Origin: a virus
Lineage: Duplodnaviria; Caudoviricetes
DNA: 64,000 bases
Strand: one strand, 5' to 3'
IMG/VR virus record: IMGVR_UViG_3300029928_000003
Under the pieces are notes generated by a model. That model worked only from the letters and a program-made list of their open reading frames with translations. It did no database searches and was not told the DNA's origin. Position numbers and translations under genes: made by a program. This document shows, in pieces, positions 61,775 through 64,000 of the stretch (its first letter is position 1; each line of letters begins with the position of its first letter).

Positions 61775-62128
61775 TTAGAATTGATCTTTCAAATAAATCA
61801 AATCTTTAATCTTATCCGTAATATGTTTTTTAATTATATTCTTAGTAAAATTAATAAGATTAAGAACTCTATCAGTTTCTTCATCAGTAAGCTCTTTCTT
61901 ATTAAGAAGATCATCAAATTCTTTCAAGTCAACTTGATAAGTAGATTCTAAATCTTCTGTAGCATCTAAGAATAAACAATCATCTAATAGTTCTAAACTC
62001 TTTTTAAAATCTTTAATTTTATTCTTTACTGAATTATATTCAGCTTGGATTGAATTACCATCAGATGTAATCTATACATCAAATCCATAATCTTTAAATA
62101 GTTGTTTTAATTCTTCTAAGTTTTCCAT
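61775..62128 (-). CDS. Acidic hypothetical protein (one TAG at codon 19)
   Basis: MENLEELKQLFKDYGFDVQITSDG...KDQF*. Confidence 0.7.
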
Positions 62129-62150
62129 ATATTTTTAATTTTTGATGTTG

Positions 62151-62181
62151 TAAATATAACACATCAAATCTATTTATCAAA
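62151..62181 (-). promoter_or_regulatory. Bacteroidota sigma70-like promoter for the tRNA operon
   Basis: TTTG-N19-TATATTTA; identical architecture recurs at 63077-63107 before the rep gene. Confidence 0.45.
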
Positions 62182-62293
62182 TATATAAAATGTTAAAATA
62201 TTTTAAATTTTAAATTCTGCCTTTTTCTAACTTCTATAAAGTTAGCATCTTCTAATCTCTTTATAATAGAGTTAATTGTAGGAATACTGATTG

Positions 62294-62340
62294 CAACTAA
62301 CTATACTTAAATACTATACTTGTAACTGTACTTAAATACT
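62294..62340. repeat. ACTATACTT iteron-like repeats (downstream of rep)
   Basis: Three copies (one ACTGTACTT); CAACTAACTATACTTA shared with 63206-63221. Confidence 0.6.
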
Positions 62341-62371
62341 TCACGAACTCAGAAATTTTTAAAATTGATAA

Positions 62372-63052
62372 TTATACCATATACTGATTATTGATTTTAC
62401 GATTTCTTAGAGCTTGATTTTCTAACTTTAACTGAGCTATCTCTTTCTTAAGTAATTCAATGTCATCTGTATTTTGTTTTATTTTTTCATCTTGTTCTTT
62501 GAACTTCCACACAAATAATTGATCTAATTCTCTTAATTGAAATTTCTTAGTAAATTCTGAAGCTCCTTCTAAATATCCTTTCTTTTCTAAAGCTCTATTA
62601 CACTTACTTATTGTTGCTTCCGGCATTCTAATTAAAGAAGATAATTCTTTATTCGTGTACTCTATTTTTCCTTCATTATTGTCTTTAAACATATATTGTT
62701 GAGTAGCTATTATATAAGATTTCTCGGTAAATGTTAATTCTGGTTTATCTAAGAAGTCATAACTATAAGGTTCAAATTGTTTCTTATTATTAAACTTATA
62801 TATTAACTTACGACCCTCTCGTCTAGTTTGTAAATAATCTTCTTTTACTAAATTATCTACGCACTTCTTAATAGTCTTAGCGGCTGCCCCCGTGTCTTTA
62901 GTAATAGTTGCATAACTTGGATATGCTTCCATTGTTTGCTTATTCATATATCTTCTAATAGCAACATATATTAATTTATCTTTTGGGTCTAAGTCTGGTT
63001 GAATTTCATCGTTTGATGGATGAGGATAAATTACAAATTGATTATTTTCCAT
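62372..63052 (-). CDS. HTH replication-initiator-like (RepL-type) protein
   Basis: DKLIYVAI..AYPSYATITKDTG..TIKKCVDNL wHTH plus second HTH and coiled coil; TAG-free. Confidence 0.7.
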   Translation of the reverse strand: MENNQFVIYPHPSNDEIQPDLDPKDKLIYVAIRRYMNKQTMEAYPSYATITKDTGAAAKTIKKCVDNLVKEDYLQTRREGRKLIYKFNNKKQFEPYSYDFLDKPELTFTEKSYIIATQQYMFKDNNEGKIEYTNKELSSLIRMPEATISKCNRALEKKGYLEGASEFTKKFQLRELDQLFVWKFKEQDEKIKQNTDDIELLKKEIAQLKLENQALRNRKINNQYMV

Positions 63053-63130
63053 TTTTATTAAATTTTAATTATGGTATAAATATATAATTTTTATAGTAAA
63101 TACCAAAGTAAATTATATATTTTTAACAAG

Positions 63131-63360
63131 GACTACCTGCTACCAAGATTAACTACCTAGGTTAATATAGAGACTACCTGCTACCAAGATTAAACTACCA
63201 GTTACCAACTAACTATACTTACTATACTTATATAACTATACTTAATTAGAAAAACTCTCTTCAGTAAAAATCAACTAGAACTGATTTTAAAATAAAATTT
63301 TTATATATGGGTTCCGAATTTAGTATCCCCCTACCCTAATATAAATACCCCCTACCCTAA
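63131..63360. repeat. Direct-repeat cluster, candidate origin/terminus region
   Basis: GACTACCTGCTACCAAGATTAA x2 (63131, 63172), ACTATACTT x3, CCCCTACCCTAA x2. Confidence 0.6.
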
Positions 63361-63495
63361 ATATTTAGAGGCTAATATATAGAAAATAAAATTTTTTATG
63401 TGAAAAATAAAAATTTTGTATATTATAGGGTAGTGGGTATACTACCCCTCCAGTCCCCCTACCATGGTAGGTATTAAATTCAAAATTATATTACA

Positions 63496-64000
63496 ATGAG
63501 TAGTACATTGAAGACAAAAAACGACCAGCGAGTAGCTGGTCGTAAACTCGCTGGTGCAAAATTAACCAGCGAGCAAAAAGACGCTCTTAAGGAGCGTCTG
63601 AAGAGGACTCGGACAGCTGAGTTAGATGTTACCGACACAATCACCCTTACGGGTGAATATGTGGAGGCCCTGTTCAACGATACCCCCTACGTGGCTCTAT
63701 GCTGCGTGGGGGGTCGTAGGCTGTCCCTAAACACCTTTCTTGGGGCCCCTGACCCTATGAAGGTGTTTCAGCCTGAAACCGTGGCAGAAGCCACGGAAAT
63801 GCCACATTCAGGGGCTGAACTGCTGGCCCTCTTAGGAGGGTTGGCAGGAGAAACTTTCGAGGTCATCGACAAAGCCGAAGACTTTGGAAGATTTTCTCAG
63901 ACTTTCTATCTGTGGAAACAGGTAGAGAAGACGGAGGGCGAGCCTGAGGGCGAATCTGAGGGCGAATCTGAGGGCGAATCTGAGGGCGAGAAGACGCCTG
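63496..64000 (+). CDS. High-GC hypothetical protein (runs off right edge)
   Basis: MSSTLKTKNDQRVAGRKLAG... open to the window end with no TAG; ends in an EGES repeat. Confidence 0.7.
   Translation, partial: MSSTLKTKNDQRVAGRKLAGAKLTSEQKDALKERLKRTRTAELDVTDTITLTGEYVEALFNDTPYVALCCVGGRRLSLNTFLGAPDPMKVFQPETVAEATEMPHSGAELLALLGGLAGETFEVIDKAEDFGRFSQTFYLWKQVEKTEGEPEGESEGESEGESEGEKTP
63934..63990 (+). repeat. 12-bp coding tandem repeat (GAGGGCGAATCT)
   Basis: About 4.75 copies encoding EGEP-EGES-EGES-EGES-EGE. Confidence 0.85.

Noticed and set aside
63131-63360. Possible CRISPR mini-array
   Set aside because: Only two 22-bp copies with a 19-nt gap, mixed with other short repeats; no cas genes; iteron-like is a better fit

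Overview
This window is the virion/late-gene half of an AT-rich crAss-like phage (Crassvirales; Bacteroidota host inferred) in which TAG is read as Gln. The supplied ORF track is fragmented at TAG codons; reading TAG as Gln restores a densely packed gene set ending in TAA/TGA. Minus strand, right to left: HTH replication-initiator-like gene flanked by repeats, holin-like gene, PD-(D/E)XK nuclease with a class-3 intein, GroES-like protein, terminase large subunit, portal, tail-fibre/spike cluster, a 5-gene cassette, DUF5675 endolysin, scaffold-like gene, major capsid protein, ring/neck genes, two muzzle-like genes and cargo genes. A plus-strand island (53.6-61 kb) encodes an NlpC/P60+GH73 hydrolase and paralogous cargo/effector-like proteins. 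Six group I introns were reconstructed by hand: four in the capsid gene, one in terL, and one splitting an amber-suppressor tRNA(CUA) with a Gln-type acceptor stem (61443-61763). The tRNA that would enable the recoded late genes therefore appears to need self-splicing. Its intron is of the same subtype as the terL intron, which encodes an intact, TAG-containing LAGLIDADG protein with both catalytic Asp changed to Asn. All coordinates and translations were derived manually; no database searches were run.
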